Assembly (NCBI GenBank): GCA_963697505.1
Contig: CAVOOF010000002.1
Location: 514,482-578,481 of the forward strand
Origin: an uncultured Solirubrobacterales bacterium
Lineage (GTDB): Bacteria > Actinomycetota > Thermoleophilia > Solirubrobacterales > Thermoleophilaceae
Direction: 5' to 3'
DNA: 64,000 nucleotides
Shown here in pieces: positions 50,064 to 59,190 of this stretch (its first letter is position 1; each line of letters begins with the position of its first letter). Made by a program: the position numbers and the translations under genes. The notes below the pieces were generated by a model. The model saw only the letters and a program-made list of their open reading frames with translations, ran no database searches and had not been told where the DNA came from.

Positions 50064-51555
50064 TCACGCCACCAGCGGCTCTGCGAGGCCGCGCTCGCGC
50101 ACGACCATCTCCAGCCCTCCGCGCGGGCTCAGCGTCGGCATCTGGCGGACGGTCATCGTCCGCCCCGGCTGCAGCTCGAGCCGGAAGCGCTGCAACGCCA
50201 GCGCGACGATCGCGCGGATCTCCATCTGGCCGAAGCGCATCCCGATGCAGGTCCGCGAGCCGCCGCCGAACGGAACGTAGGCACCCTTCGGCAGCGCCGC
50301 CTTGCGCTCGGGCGCGAACCGCTCGGGGACGAACGCCTCCGGGTCCGGGAAGACGTCCGGCAGCCGGTGGCTGGCCCACGAGCAGTAGTTGACGTAGCTG
50401 TTCGCCGGGACGTGGACGCCCGCGATCTCGCAGGCGTCGACCGAACGGCGCGGCCCGATCCAGGCCGGCGGGTAGAGCCGCAGCGTCTCGTCGAGCGCCA
50501 TCTCGAGCCGCGGCAGGCCGCCGGCGAGGTGCTCGAGGCGCGGCGGCGCCCCGTCGGGCAGCAGCTCGTCGAGCTCGGCGTAGAGGGCGGCCAGCTCGTG
50601 CGGGTTGCGCGCCAGCTCGTAGAGCAGGAAGGTGACCGTCGAAGTAGTGGTGTCGTGGCCGGCGAACATCAGCGTCATCGCCTGGTCGCGGACCTCGGAG
50701 TCGCGACAGCGCCGAGCCGTCCTCGTCGGTCGCGGCCAGCAGCATGCCGAGGACGTCGCCGTCATCGTCGGCTCCCGCGGCGCGCCGACGGGCGATCTCG
50801 GCGTAGAGGATGCGGTCGAGCACGGCGCGCGCGCTCATCATCCGCTGCCAGGGCGAGCCCGGGCCGCGCAGCACCCGCAGCGCGAAGTCGGTGCCGTAGA
50901 AGGAGAGCGCCCGCTCGAACTCGACCGCGGCGCGCGCGCCGGTGTCGCCGTCGTCGGGGTCGAGCCCGAGCAGCGCGCGCATCGCGACGCGCATCGCCAG
51001 GTTGCGCGCCCAGTGGTAGACGTCGACGACCTGCCCCGGCCGCCAGGCGGCGAGCGCCGCCTCGGCCTCGGCGACCATCGTGTCGGCGGCGCCGGCGATC
51101 CGCTCGCGGTGGAAGGCCGGCAGCATGATCCGGCGCGCACGGCGGTGATACCCGCCGTCGATCGTCAGCAGCCCGTCGCCGAGCAGCGGGATCAGGTCGC
51201 CGAAGCTGCCTTCGCGCCAGAGGAAGTTGCGCGCGTTGGAGACCAGCATGTGGTGGTTGGCCTCCGGGCCGAGCGCCCAGACGTTGCGCCCGTGCAGGAT
51301 GCGCGTCGAGAAGACGGGGCCGAAGCGCTCGTAGTGGTCGAGCAGGATCGGCAGCGGGTCGCGCACCATCCGCATCGTGCGGCGCACGCTGAGGTCGGCC
51401 GAGCCGGGCGGATAGGACTCGTGCGCGCGCAGGGTGCGCAGCTCGTCGCGCACGTCGCGCCCGATCCGCCGCAGCGCGCTCTCGTCGATCGGCGGCGGGC
51501 GCTCCGCCGACGCGGGGACGGGCTTGTCTACGTCCGGGACGGTGGCGGCCTCCAT
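50064..51555 (-). pseudogene. cytochrome P450; single frameshift near 50705
   Basis: ORF 50032..51555 holds the N-terminal two-thirds up to ..DEDGSALS. ORF 50064..50765 continues DSEVRDQAMTLMFAGHDTTT (I-helix), ..ETLRLYPP.. (ExxR) and the heme loop FGGGSRTCIGMRFG. The span is 1492 nt, or 497 codons plus 1 base. Confidence 0.85.
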
Positions 51556-51622
51556 GCTGCTGCCAGCATAGCTCGGCTCGCACTAGGCTGGCCAGCCAGC
51601 CAGGACCGTCTAGGGTTCGCCC

Positions 51623-52510
51623 ATGGCGGAGCTGCCACGACGCGGACCCGCGGTCCGCGACCTCGACCTGGACCTGCCCCCCGCCCGGCTCGCGAGCTGG
51701 CGCGGCGGACGACCGCTGAAGCGCTGGCGCTACGTCGGCGTCTACACGTCGGAGCTGATGCTGTGCGTCGGCGACGCGCGGATCGGACCGCTGCCGCAGC
51801 GCTGGTGGGCGGTGGCGCTGCCGGGCGGCGAGCTGCGCGAGCGGACGACCTTCGGCGCCGGCGGAATCGCGCTCGACTCGCCCTGGGACGGCGACACCGA
51901 CGCCTACGCCTCCGGCGAGCCACGCACCGCGCGCATACGCGTCGCGGCGCGCGGCGTCCGGATCGACCTCGAGCTGACCGAGTCCGGCGGCGTCGAGACC
52001 GCCTCGCCCGTCGGCGACCGCGGCGCCTACATCTGGACGCGCAAGCAGGCCTGCGTGCCGGTGCGCGGCAGCGTCGAGGTCGACGGCGCTCGCCACGCGA
52101 TCGGCGGCGACGCCGGCTTCGTTGACGACTCCGCCGGCTACCACGCTCGCCACACCGCCTGGAACTGGTCGGCCGGCATCGGAACGGCCGTCGACGGCCG
52201 CCGCGTCGGCTGGAACCTCGTCGCCGGCATCCACGACGACCCCGCGGCGAGCGAGCGCACGATCTGGGTCGACGGCGAGCCGACCGAGGTCGGTCCGGTT
52301 CGCTTCTCCCCCGACCTCGCCTCGGTCGCCTTCGCCGACGGCGGCGTCCTGCGCTGCGACGAGTGGTCGGTGCGCGAGCACTCGGCCAACGCGCTGGCGA
52401 TCCGCTCGCGCTACCGCCAGCCGTTCGGCGGCTTCTCCGGCACCCTGCCGAGCGGGATCGATCTGGCCGAGGGATACGGCGTGATGGAGGACCACGACGT
52501 CCACTGGTGA
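51623..52510 (+). CDS. DUF2804-like hypothetical protein
   Basis: Intact 295-aa ORF: ..KRWRYVGVY..AGYHARHTAWNWSAG... The family call is from memory. Confidence 0.6.
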   Translation: MAELPRRGPAVRDLDLDLPPARLASWRGGRPLKRWRYVGVYTSELMLCVGDARIGPLPQRWWAVALPGGELRERTTFGAGGIALDSPWDGDTDAYASGEPRTARIRVAARGVRIDLELTESGGVETASPVGDRGAYIWTRKQACVPVRGSVEVDGARHAIGGDAGFVDDSAGYHARHTAWNWSAGIGTAVDGRRVGWNLVAGIHDDPAASERTIWVDGEPTEVGPVRFSPDLASVAFADGGVLRCDEWSVREHSANALAIRSRYRQPFGGFSGTLPSGIDLAEGYGVMEDHDVHW

Positions 52511-53609
52511 GCCCAGGGACTCCCCCGCGACCGTAGCGATCGTCGCGCGGGCCGCCCTGCGCGCCGAGGTCGGCGGCGTCGAGCGGGTGACACGCGAGCT
52601 GACCGCCCGCCTGCCCGCCCTCTCCCCCGGCCGCTACCGCCTCGTCGCGCCGCCGGCCGCGCTCGCCCACCGGGCCGGCCACGCCTGGGAGCAGGTCGCG
52701 CTGCCGCTGCTGACGCACGACGCAGAGGTCGTCTTCGCCCCGGCCAACAGCGCGCCGCTCGCCGGTCGCCGCAACGTCGTGCTGGTCCACGACCTCGCCC
52801 CGCTCGTCGAGCCGCGCTGGTACGGCCGCGCATACGGCGCCTGGCACCGCATCCTGTTGCGTGCCGCCGCGCGCCGCGCACGGCTGATCCTCACGCCGTC
52901 CGAGTTCGTCCGCGCCGAGCTGGGCGAACGGCTCGGCGTCTCGCCCGAGCGCGTCGCCGCCGTCCCGCTGGGCGTCGACGCCGCCTTCCGCTCCCAACCC
53001 GACCCGGCGCCCACGCTGCGCCGCCTCGGCCTCGACCGCCGCCCCTACATGCTCGCCGTCGGGACCGACTCGGCACGCAAGAACCTCGGCCTGCTCGACG
53101 CGATCGCCCCCCGGCTCGCCGCCGCGGGACTCGACGTCGCGATCGCCGGCGGCCGCCGCGGCTACCTGACGACCGCGTCGCCCGCCACCGCGCGCCCTTC
53201 CCGCCGGCGGCCGGCGCTCGCCGTCCGACCTCCCCGCGAGCCGCCGCCCGCCCCCCGCCGCCTCGGCTACGTCCCCGAGGCCGACCTCCCCGGCCTCTAC
53301 GCCGGCGCCGCCGCCTTCGCGCTGCCGTCGCTCTACGAGGGCTTCGGCCTTCCCTGCCTCGAGGCGATGGCCGCCGGCACGCCGGTCGTCGCCAGCGACC
53401 GCTGCGCGCTGCCGGAGACCTGCGGCGGCGCCGCCCTCCACGCCGACCCGACCGACCCCGAGGCCTTCGCCGCCGCCTGCCTCGCCGCCGCGACCGATCC
53501 GGCGACCCGCGAGCGGCTGACCGCGGCCGGCCGCGAGCGCGCGGCCGCCTTCACGTGGGATCGCACCGCCGAACGGGTAGACGACGCCATAGGGGCGCTA
53601 CTACCCTGA
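52507..53609 (+). pseudogene. GT4-family glycosyltransferase; probably one base missing near 52520-52532
   Basis: The tracked ORF 52587..53609 starts inside the N-terminal Rossmann domain. In-frame upstream sequence reads ..TVAIVARAALRAEVGGVERVTRELTARL (first strand plus Gly loop) but has no start codon. GTG 52507 overlaps the DUF2804 stop (GTGA) and reads VSPGTPP before a stop. Adding one base joins the two pieces. The C-terminus has EGFGLPCLEAMAAGTPVVAS. Confidence 0.55.
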
Positions 53610-53658
53610 GTCACGGGAGGCGCCTGCTGCCCCGTAAACAGCAGGAAGGAACGCCCAC

Positions 53659-54756
53659 ATGAACCGCACGCTCGGCCGCCGCCTACTGGCCGCCCTGCTC
53701 GCCGTCACGGCACTCGCCGCGGTCGCGCCCGCCGCCGAGGCCCAGAAGGGCAAGGCGAAGGGCAACGACAACGTCACGGTGATGACGCGCAACCTCTATC
53801 TCGGGACCGACCTGATCCCGATCGCCTCGTCGCCGACGCTCGACGCCTTCAAGGCCAACGCGACCGCCGGCTTCAATCAGGTGAAGGCGACGAACTTCCC
53901 GGCACGGTCGAAGCTGATCGCCAAGGAGGTCAAGCAGACCAAGCCCGACCTGATCGGCCTCCAGGAGGCCTCGCTGTGGCGGACCGGGCCGAGCGACGGC
54001 TCGACCGCGCCGAACGCGACCAAGGTCGAGTTCGACTACACCAAGATCCTCGTCAAGTCGCTCAAGCAGGCCGGCCTGAACTACGCCGTCGTGCGCAGCA
54101 CCAACGAGGCCGACATCGAGGGTCCGACCAGCGGCGGCTTCGACGTCCGGCTCACGATGCGCGACGCGGTGCTGATCAACAAGGACCGCAAGGGGCTGAA
54201 GGTCACCGGCAAGGGCGGCGCCAACTTCAAGGCGGCGATCCCGTTTCCGACACAGGCCGGCGTGTTCAACGTCAAGCGCGGCTTCGCCTGGGCGGACCTG
54301 AAGCTGAACAAGAAGAAGTTCCGCTTCGTCGACACTCACCTGGAGGCGTATCTCGAGGCGACGCGCGTCGCCCAGGCGCAGGAGCTGGTGGCACCCGGCG
54401 GACCGGTCAAGGGCCAGCGCGTGATCGTCGTGGGTGACATGAACTCCGATCCGAACAACGCCGGCGGCTCGCCGCCCGGCGCGTGGAACGTGCTCACCGC
54501 GTCCGGCCTCAAGGACACCTGGCCGTGGCTGTACAAGAACAAGCCGGGTTACGAGTGCTGCCTGAAGACCGACTCGCTCACCGACCCGCCGTCGCCGAGC
54601 CCGTTCGACCACCGGATCGACCAGATATTCGGCAAGGGCAAGGTCAAGCCCCTCAACGCCAAGATCACCGGTACCAATCCGGCCACCAGCAGGACCAAGT
54701 CGGGACTGTGGGCCTCGGACCACGGAGGGGTGGTAACCAAGCTGAAGCTGAAGTAG
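53659..54756 (+). CDS. secreted endonuclease/exonuclease/phosphatase (EEP) family protein
   Basis: Intact ORF with signal peptide MNRTLGRRLLAALLAVTALAAVAPAAEA. EEP motifs: VMTRNLY, LQE, ..VDTHLE.., GDMNS, ..SDHGGV. Confidence 0.8.
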   Translation: MNRTLGRRLLAALLAVTALAAVAPAAEAQKGKAKGNDNVTVMTRNLYLGTDLIPIASSPTLDAFKANATAGFNQVKATNFPARSKLIAKEVKQTKPDLIGLQEASLWRTGPSDGSTAPNATKVEFDYTKILVKSLKQAGLNYAVVRSTNEADIEGPTSGGFDVRLTMRDAVLINKDRKGLKVTGKGGANFKAAIPFPTQAGVFNVKRGFAWADLKLNKKKFRFVDTHLEAYLEATRVAQAQELVAPGGPVKGQRVIVVGDMNSDPNNAGGSPPGAWNVLTASGLKDTWPWLYKNKPGYECCLKTDSLTDPPSPSPFDHRIDQIFGKGKVKPLNAKITGTNPATSRTKSGLWASDHGGVVTKLKLK

Positions 54757-54759
54757 CGT

Positions 54760-54792
54760 TTGGGGGCAGATGAGCGTCTCGTCTGCCCCCAA
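54760..54792 (+). terminator. 15-bp hairpin (one G-U, 3-nt loop): terminator-like structure after the EEP gene that encloses the SD and AUG of the next gene
   Basis: TTGGGGGCAGATGAG (54760-54774), loop CGT, CTCGTCTGCCCCCAA (54778-54792). The ATG of the AidB-like gene is 54770-54772. Confidence 0.5.
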
Positions 54793-56392
54793 GCACTCGA
54801 CCCACGAGGTCTTCAACCAGCCGCCGCCGCTCGCGCCCTACAACGTCTTCGAGGCCGACGTGGCTTTGCGCGAGGCCGTCGAGCGCGAGGGCGGTGGCTG
54901 GGGTGTCGACCGCCTGCGCGACGCCGGCGAGCTGGCCGGCAGCCCGGAGGCGATCGCCCACTCCGGGCGGGCCGAGCGCAACGAGCCGATCCTGCGCACA
55001 CACGACCGCTACGGCCAGCGGGTCGACGAGGTCGAGCTCGACCCGTCGTGGCACTGGCTGCTGCGCCAGGCGGTCGAGCGCGAGTGCCACGGGCTGCCCT
55101 GGCGCGACCCCCAGCCGGGCGCCCACGCGGTGCGCGCGTCGCTGTTCATGGTCTGGTCGCAGGTCAACGCCGGCGTGATGTGCCCGGTATCGATGACCCA
55201 CGCGGTCGTCCCGGCGCTGCGCGAGAACCCCGAGCTGGCGGCCGAGTGGGAGCCGCGCCTGGTCAAGCCGAGCTACGACGGCGGCGCGCTCGCCGGGATG
55301 GCGATGACCGAGAAGCAGGGCGGCTCCGACGTCCGCGCCAACACGACGGCCGCGACGCCGGTCGGCGACGGCTGGTTCGAGATCACCGGCCACAAGTGGT
55401 TCTGCTCCTACCCGCCGTGCGACATCTTCCTGACGCTCGCCCAGACCGACGCCGGCATCTCCTGCTTCATGATCGAGGGCCCCGGCCGCGAGGGCGGCCA
55501 GCCGGGCTTCGGGATCCAGCGGCTGAAGGAGAAGCTCGGAACGCGCTCGCTGCCGTCGTCGGAGGTCGAGTTCGACCGGCTGCCGGCGAGGCTCGTCGGC
55601 GAGGAGGGCCGCGGCGTCCAGACGATCATCCAGATGGTCAACCACACGCGGCTCGACTGCCTGCTCGGCTCGACCGCGTCGATCCGCTGGGGCACCGCCC
55701 AGGCGGTCCACCACGCCCGCCACCGCTCGGCGTTCGGCAAGCTGCTCGCCGACCAGCCGGCGATGCGCAACGTGCTCGCCGACCTCCAGCTCGAGTCCGA
55801 GGCCGCGACCGCGAACGCGCTGCGGATCGCCCGCGCCTACGACGAGGCCGACGCCCAGTTCCGCCGCTTCGCGACCGCGGTCACCAAGTACTGGATCTGC
55901 AAGCGCGCGCCGCAGCACGCCCTCGAGGCGCTCGAGTGCCTCGGCGGCAACGGCTACGTCGAGGAGTCCGGCATGCCGCGACTGCTCCGCGACAGCCCAC
56001 TGAATTCGATCTGGGAGGGCTCCGGCAACGTCGCCGCGCTCGACGTCCTGCGCGCGATGGCCAAGGAGCCCGAGGGCCTGCCGGCGTTCATGGCCGAGGT
56101 CGAGCTCGCCGCCGGCGCCGACAGCCGCCTCGACGACCACGTCGCGAGCGTCCAGCAGCGGCTCGGCGGCCTGATGGCGGACGGCGCCGACCCCCAGTGG
56201 CAGGCGCGCCGCGTCGTCGAGGACCTCGCGCTCGCGCTCCAGGGCTCGCTGCTCGTCCGCAACGCCCCGCCGGCCGTAGCCGACGCCTTCTGCGCCAGCC
56301 GCCTCGTCCCCGGCGCCCACGGCTACGTCTTCGGCGACCTGCCCAACGGCGTCGACGCCGACGCCATCCTCGCCCGCGCCCTCGCGGTCTGA
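54770..56392 (+). CDS. AidB-like acyl-CoA dehydrogenase family protein
   Basis: Intact 540-aa ORF. The N-terminus ..THEVFNQPPPLAPYNVFEADVALREAV is typical of AidB-type ACADs, followed by ..AMTEKQGGSDV.. and the C-terminal ..GGNGYVEE..RL.RD..LNSIWEGSGNV... Confidence 0.85.
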   Translation: MSVSSAPKHSTHEVFNQPPPLAPYNVFEADVALREAVEREGGGWGVDRLRDAGELAGSPEAIAHSGRAERNEPILRTHDRYGQRVDEVELDPSWHWLLRQAVERECHGLPWRDPQPGAHAVRASLFMVWSQVNAGVMCPVSMTHAVVPALRENPELAAEWEPRLVKPSYDGGALAGMAMTEKQGGSDVRANTTAATPVGDGWFEITGHKWFCSYPPCDIFLTLAQTDAGISCFMIEGPGREGGQPGFGIQRLKEKLGTRSLPSSEVEFDRLPARLVGEEGRGVQTIIQMVNHTRLDCLLGSTASIRWGTAQAVHHARHRSAFGKLLADQPAMRNVLADLQLESEAATANALRIARAYDEADAQFRRFATAVTKYWICKRAPQHALEALECLGGNGYVEESGMPRLLRDSPLNSIWEGSGNVAALDVLRAMAKEPEGLPAFMAEVELAAGADSRLDDHVASVQQRLGGLMADGADPQWQARRVVEDLALALQGSLLVRNAPPAVADAFCASRLVPGAHGYVFGDLPNGVDADAILARALAV

Positions 56393-56406
56393 AACCGGCC
56401 GAACGC

Positions 56407-56430
56407 TTGTTGGGGTGGTAACCCCAACAA
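56407..56430. terminator. 10-bp hairpin with tetraloop between convergent genes
   Basis: TTGTTGGGGT (56407-56416), loop GGTA, ACCCCAACAA (56421-56430). It lies 14 nt after the ACAD stop and 24 nt after the USP stop. Confidence 0.55.
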
Positions 56431-56454
56431 TCCTCGATCCGTCAGTTGTAGGCC

Positions 56455-56871
56455 TCAGGTCGGCTCGGTCACGACCAGCACCTGGCGCCCGCTGCGCTGC
56501 ACCAGGCTCAGCGGCAGGCTGCCGAGCACGCGCTTGACGACGCCGCGGCGGCGCCGGCTGGAGCCGACGACGATCAGGTCGGCGTCGATGCCGTCGGCGT
56601 AGTCGATCGCGGTGGCGACGGCGGGGCCGGCGCGGGTGACGACCTCGGCCGCCACGCCGGCGTCGCGCAGGCCGTCGGCCAGCCGCGACGCGGTCGCCTC
56701 CGCCTGGCTGACCAGCTCGGCGCGCGGGACGGCGGTGAAGCGCTGGCTCTCGATGTCGTCGACGACGAGCACCGTCACGTCGGCGCCGGTCTCCTCCGCG
56801 AGCTGGATCACCGGCTCGACCAGCCACGGCTCGTCGACCCCGGCAGTCGACACGACGAGGATCCGCCTCAT
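56455..56871 (-). CDS. universal stress protein (UspA family)
   Basis: These are the last 138 codons of ORF 56455..58953: MRRILVVSTAG..ADLIVVGSSRRRRGVVKRVLGSLPLSLVQRSGRQVLVV. ATG 56871 overlaps the permease stop (ATGA). Confidence 0.8.
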   Translation of the reverse strand: MRRILVVSTAGVDEPWLVEPVIQLAEETGADVTVLVVDDIESQRFTAVPRAELVSQAEATASRLADGLRDAGVAAEVVTRAGPAVATAIDYADGIDADLIVVGSSRRRRGVVKRVLGSLPLSLVQRSGRQVLVVTEPT

Positions 56872-58217
56872 GCCCGTGCCTCCTCTCCCCCGCGCGGTCC
56901 GGAGACCATGCGGTTGACCAGCCACAACAGTGCCCCCAGTCCCAGCAGCAGCCCGGCGCGCAGGCCGACCTCGGCGTCGTCGGCGAGCTTGTCGTAGATC
57001 AACACCAGCGAGACCAGCGCGCCGAGGATCGGAAAGACCGACGGCGCGTGGAAGTGCGGCCCCTCGACCGTGTCGCGGCGCAGCACGAGCACGGTCACGT
57101 TGACGATCGCGAAGACCCCGAGCAGCAGCAGGACGGTGGTGTCGGCCAGCTCGCTGATGTCGCCGGTCGAGATCAGCACGACCGCGATCAGCGTGGTGAA
57201 GGCGATCGCGACGTGCGGCGTGCGGCGGTTGGTCAGCACGCGACCGAACACCCGCGGCACCACGTCGCGGCGCGCCATCCCGTAGACCAGCCGCGACGCC
57301 ATGATCATGTTGATCAGCGCTCCGTTGGCGACCGCGAGCAGGGCGATGAACGCGAACAGCTTCAGCGGGATGTCGAGCGGCCCGCGCTCGACGACCTCGA
57401 GCAGCGGCCCGCTGGAGTCGCTCAGGGCCCCGGTCGGGACGACCATCGAGGCGGTCATCGTCACCAGCAGGTAGATGACGCCCGCGATCGCCAGCCCGCC
57501 GAACAGCGCGCGCGGGAACGCGTGCGCCGGGTCGCGCGTCTCCTCGGCCACGTTGACGGAGTCCTCGAAGCCGATCAGCGCGTAGAAGGCGAGCGAGGCG
57601 CCGCCGATGATCGCCAGGAAGACGCTCTCGCCCTCCTTGAACTCGAAGTTGCGGCCGAAGTCGGTGCCGTCGTCCCCGAGCGCCGCGATGCCGACCGCGA
57701 CGATCAGCAGCAGGCCGACGACCTCGACGCAGGTGAGCAGCACGTTGACCTTGACCGACTCGGCGATGCCGCGCAGGTTGACCGCCGCGACGACGAGGAT
57801 GAAGCCGATCGCCGCCGCGATCAGCGGCAGGTCGACGAACTGCTCGAGGTAGTCGCCGGCGAAGGCGCGCGACAGCGTGCTGGCCGACGCGATTCCAGAG
57901 CACATCACCGCGAAGCCGACGATGAAGGTCAGGAACGACCGGTGGTAGGCGCGGTCGACATAGAGCGCCGAGCCGGCGGCCTGCGGGTACTTGGTGACCA
58001 GCTCGGCGTAGGCGAACGCGGTCAGCACGGCGAGCACCAGCGCCGCGGTGAACGCGGTCCAGATCGCGCCACCGACCTCGGCCCCGACCTCGCCGACGAG
58101 CGCGTAGATGCCCGCGCCCAGCACGTCGCCGACGACGAAGATCAGCAGCATCCGCGAGGAGATGACCCGCTTCAGCGGCGTATCGGTGGACGAACGTTGC
58201 TCCTGAGTCGCCTCCAC
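56868..58217 (-). CDS. APC-superfamily amino acid permease
   Basis: Intact 449-aa ORF with 12 predicted TM and the N-terminal signature ..LKRVISSRMLLIFVVGDVLGAGIYALVGEV... Confidence 0.85.
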   Translation of the reverse strand: MEATQEQRSSTDTPLKRVISSRMLLIFVVGDVLGAGIYALVGEVGAEVGGAIWTAFTAALVLAVLTAFAYAELVTKYPQAAGSALYVDRAYHRSFLTFIVGFAVMCSGIASASTLSRAFAGDYLEQFVDLPLIAAAIGFILVVAAVNLRGIAESVKVNVLLTCVEVVGLLLIVAVGIAALGDDGTDFGRNFEFKEGESVFLAIIGGASLAFYALIGFEDSVNVAEETRDPAHAFPRALFGGLAIAGVIYLLVTMTASMVVPTGALSDSSGPLLEVVERGPLDIPLKLFAFIALLAVANGALINMIMASRLVYGMARRDVVPRVFGRVLTNRRTPHVAIAFTTLIAVVLISTGDISELADTTVLLLLGVFAIVNVTVLVLRRDTVEGPHFHAPSVFPILGALVSLVLIYDKLADDAEVGLRAGLLLGLGALLWLVNRMVSGPRGGEEARA

Positions 58218-58280
58218 GCATTCCGGGTACCCCGGTTTGAGCGGGATCAGTCCGGGGAAGCAGACTTACTAATCGTAAGC

Positions 58281-58286
58281 TATAAT
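58281..58286 (+). promoter_or_regulatory. perfect -10 hexamer TATAAT upstream of the sigma-factor gene
   Basis: TATAAT at 58281-58286 sits inside the most AT-rich patch of the window (CTTACTAATCGTAAGCTATAATCC). GGAG at 58298-58301 lies 7 nt before ATG 58309. The -35 is poor (GGAACA with an 18-nt spacer). Confidence 0.4.
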
Positions 58287-58308
58287 CCGATTCGATCGGA
58301 GCGACGAT

Positions 58309-59172
58309 ATGAAAGGAACCATCACGGCAGAGCGCACAAGCACCCCAGACATCACGACCGACTCGATCCAGCAGTTCATGAACGAGGCGGCGCGTCATCC
58401 CCTGCTCACGGCCGAGGAGGAGGTCGAGCTCTCCCAGCGCATCGAGCGCGGCGACCTCGCGGCGAAGGAGCGGATGATCAACGCGAACCTGCGCCTCGTG
58501 ATCTCGATCGCGCGCAAGTACCAGGGCCAGGGCCTGCCGCTCGGCGACCTGATCCAGGAGGGCATGCTCGGCCTGATTCGCGCGGTCGAGAAGTTCGACT
58601 GGCGCAAGGGCTTCAAGTTCTCGACCTACGGCACCCTCTGGATCCGCCAGGCGATCGGCCGCGGGCTCGCCAACTCGAGCCGCACCGTCCGCCTGCCCGT
58701 CCACATCGCCAGCCAGGCGCGCAAGATCCGCGATGCCGAGCGCGATCTGGCGGCGAAGCTCGAGCGCGACCCGACGCCGGACGAGCTGTCCGACGTGGTC
58801 GGCCTCACCCCGCGCGAGATCGAGGACATCCGCGCCGCGGACCGGACGCCGACCAGCCTCGACCGCGGCGTCGGCGACGGCGAGGAGACCGCGCTCGGCG
58901 ATCTGATCGCCGACGATTCGGCGACGCCGGACCAGGAAGTCCAGCAGGAGCATGGCGACAGCACCGTCCGCCAGGCGGTCGGTGGCCTGCCGAGCCCGGA
59001 TCGCGACGTGCTCACGCTGCGCTACGGCCTCGGCGGCACCGAGGCGGTCGCTCTGCGCGAGACCGGCCGCCGGCTCGGCATCTCAGCGGAGCGCGTTCGT
59101 CAGATCGAGGATCGCGCCCTGCGCAGGCTCGCCGACGACGGCGACCTCGCGGCGCTGCGCGAGGCCGCGTAG
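58309..59172 (+). CDS. RNA polymerase sigma-70 family factor (group 2/3-like, regions 1.2-4, no region 1.1)
   Basis: Intact 287-aa ORF. Region 2 is [57 protein letters not shown]. The region 4 HTH is [26 protein letters not shown]. Confidence 0.85.
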   Translation: MKGTITAERTSTPDITTDSIQQFMNEAARHPLLTAEEEVELSQRIERGDLAAKERMINANLRLVISIARKYQGQGLPLGDLIQEGMLGLIRAVEKFDWRKGFKFSTYGTLWIRQAIGRGLANSSRTVRLPVHIASQARKIRDAERDLAAKLERDPTPDELSDVVGLTPREIEDIRAADRTPTSLDRGVGDGEETALGDLIADDSATPDQEVQQEHGDSTVRQAVGGLPSPDRDVLTLRYGLGGTEAVALRETGRRLGISAERVRQIEDRALRRLADDGDLAALREAA

Positions 59173-59190
59173 CGGCATTGGCGCGGCGCC

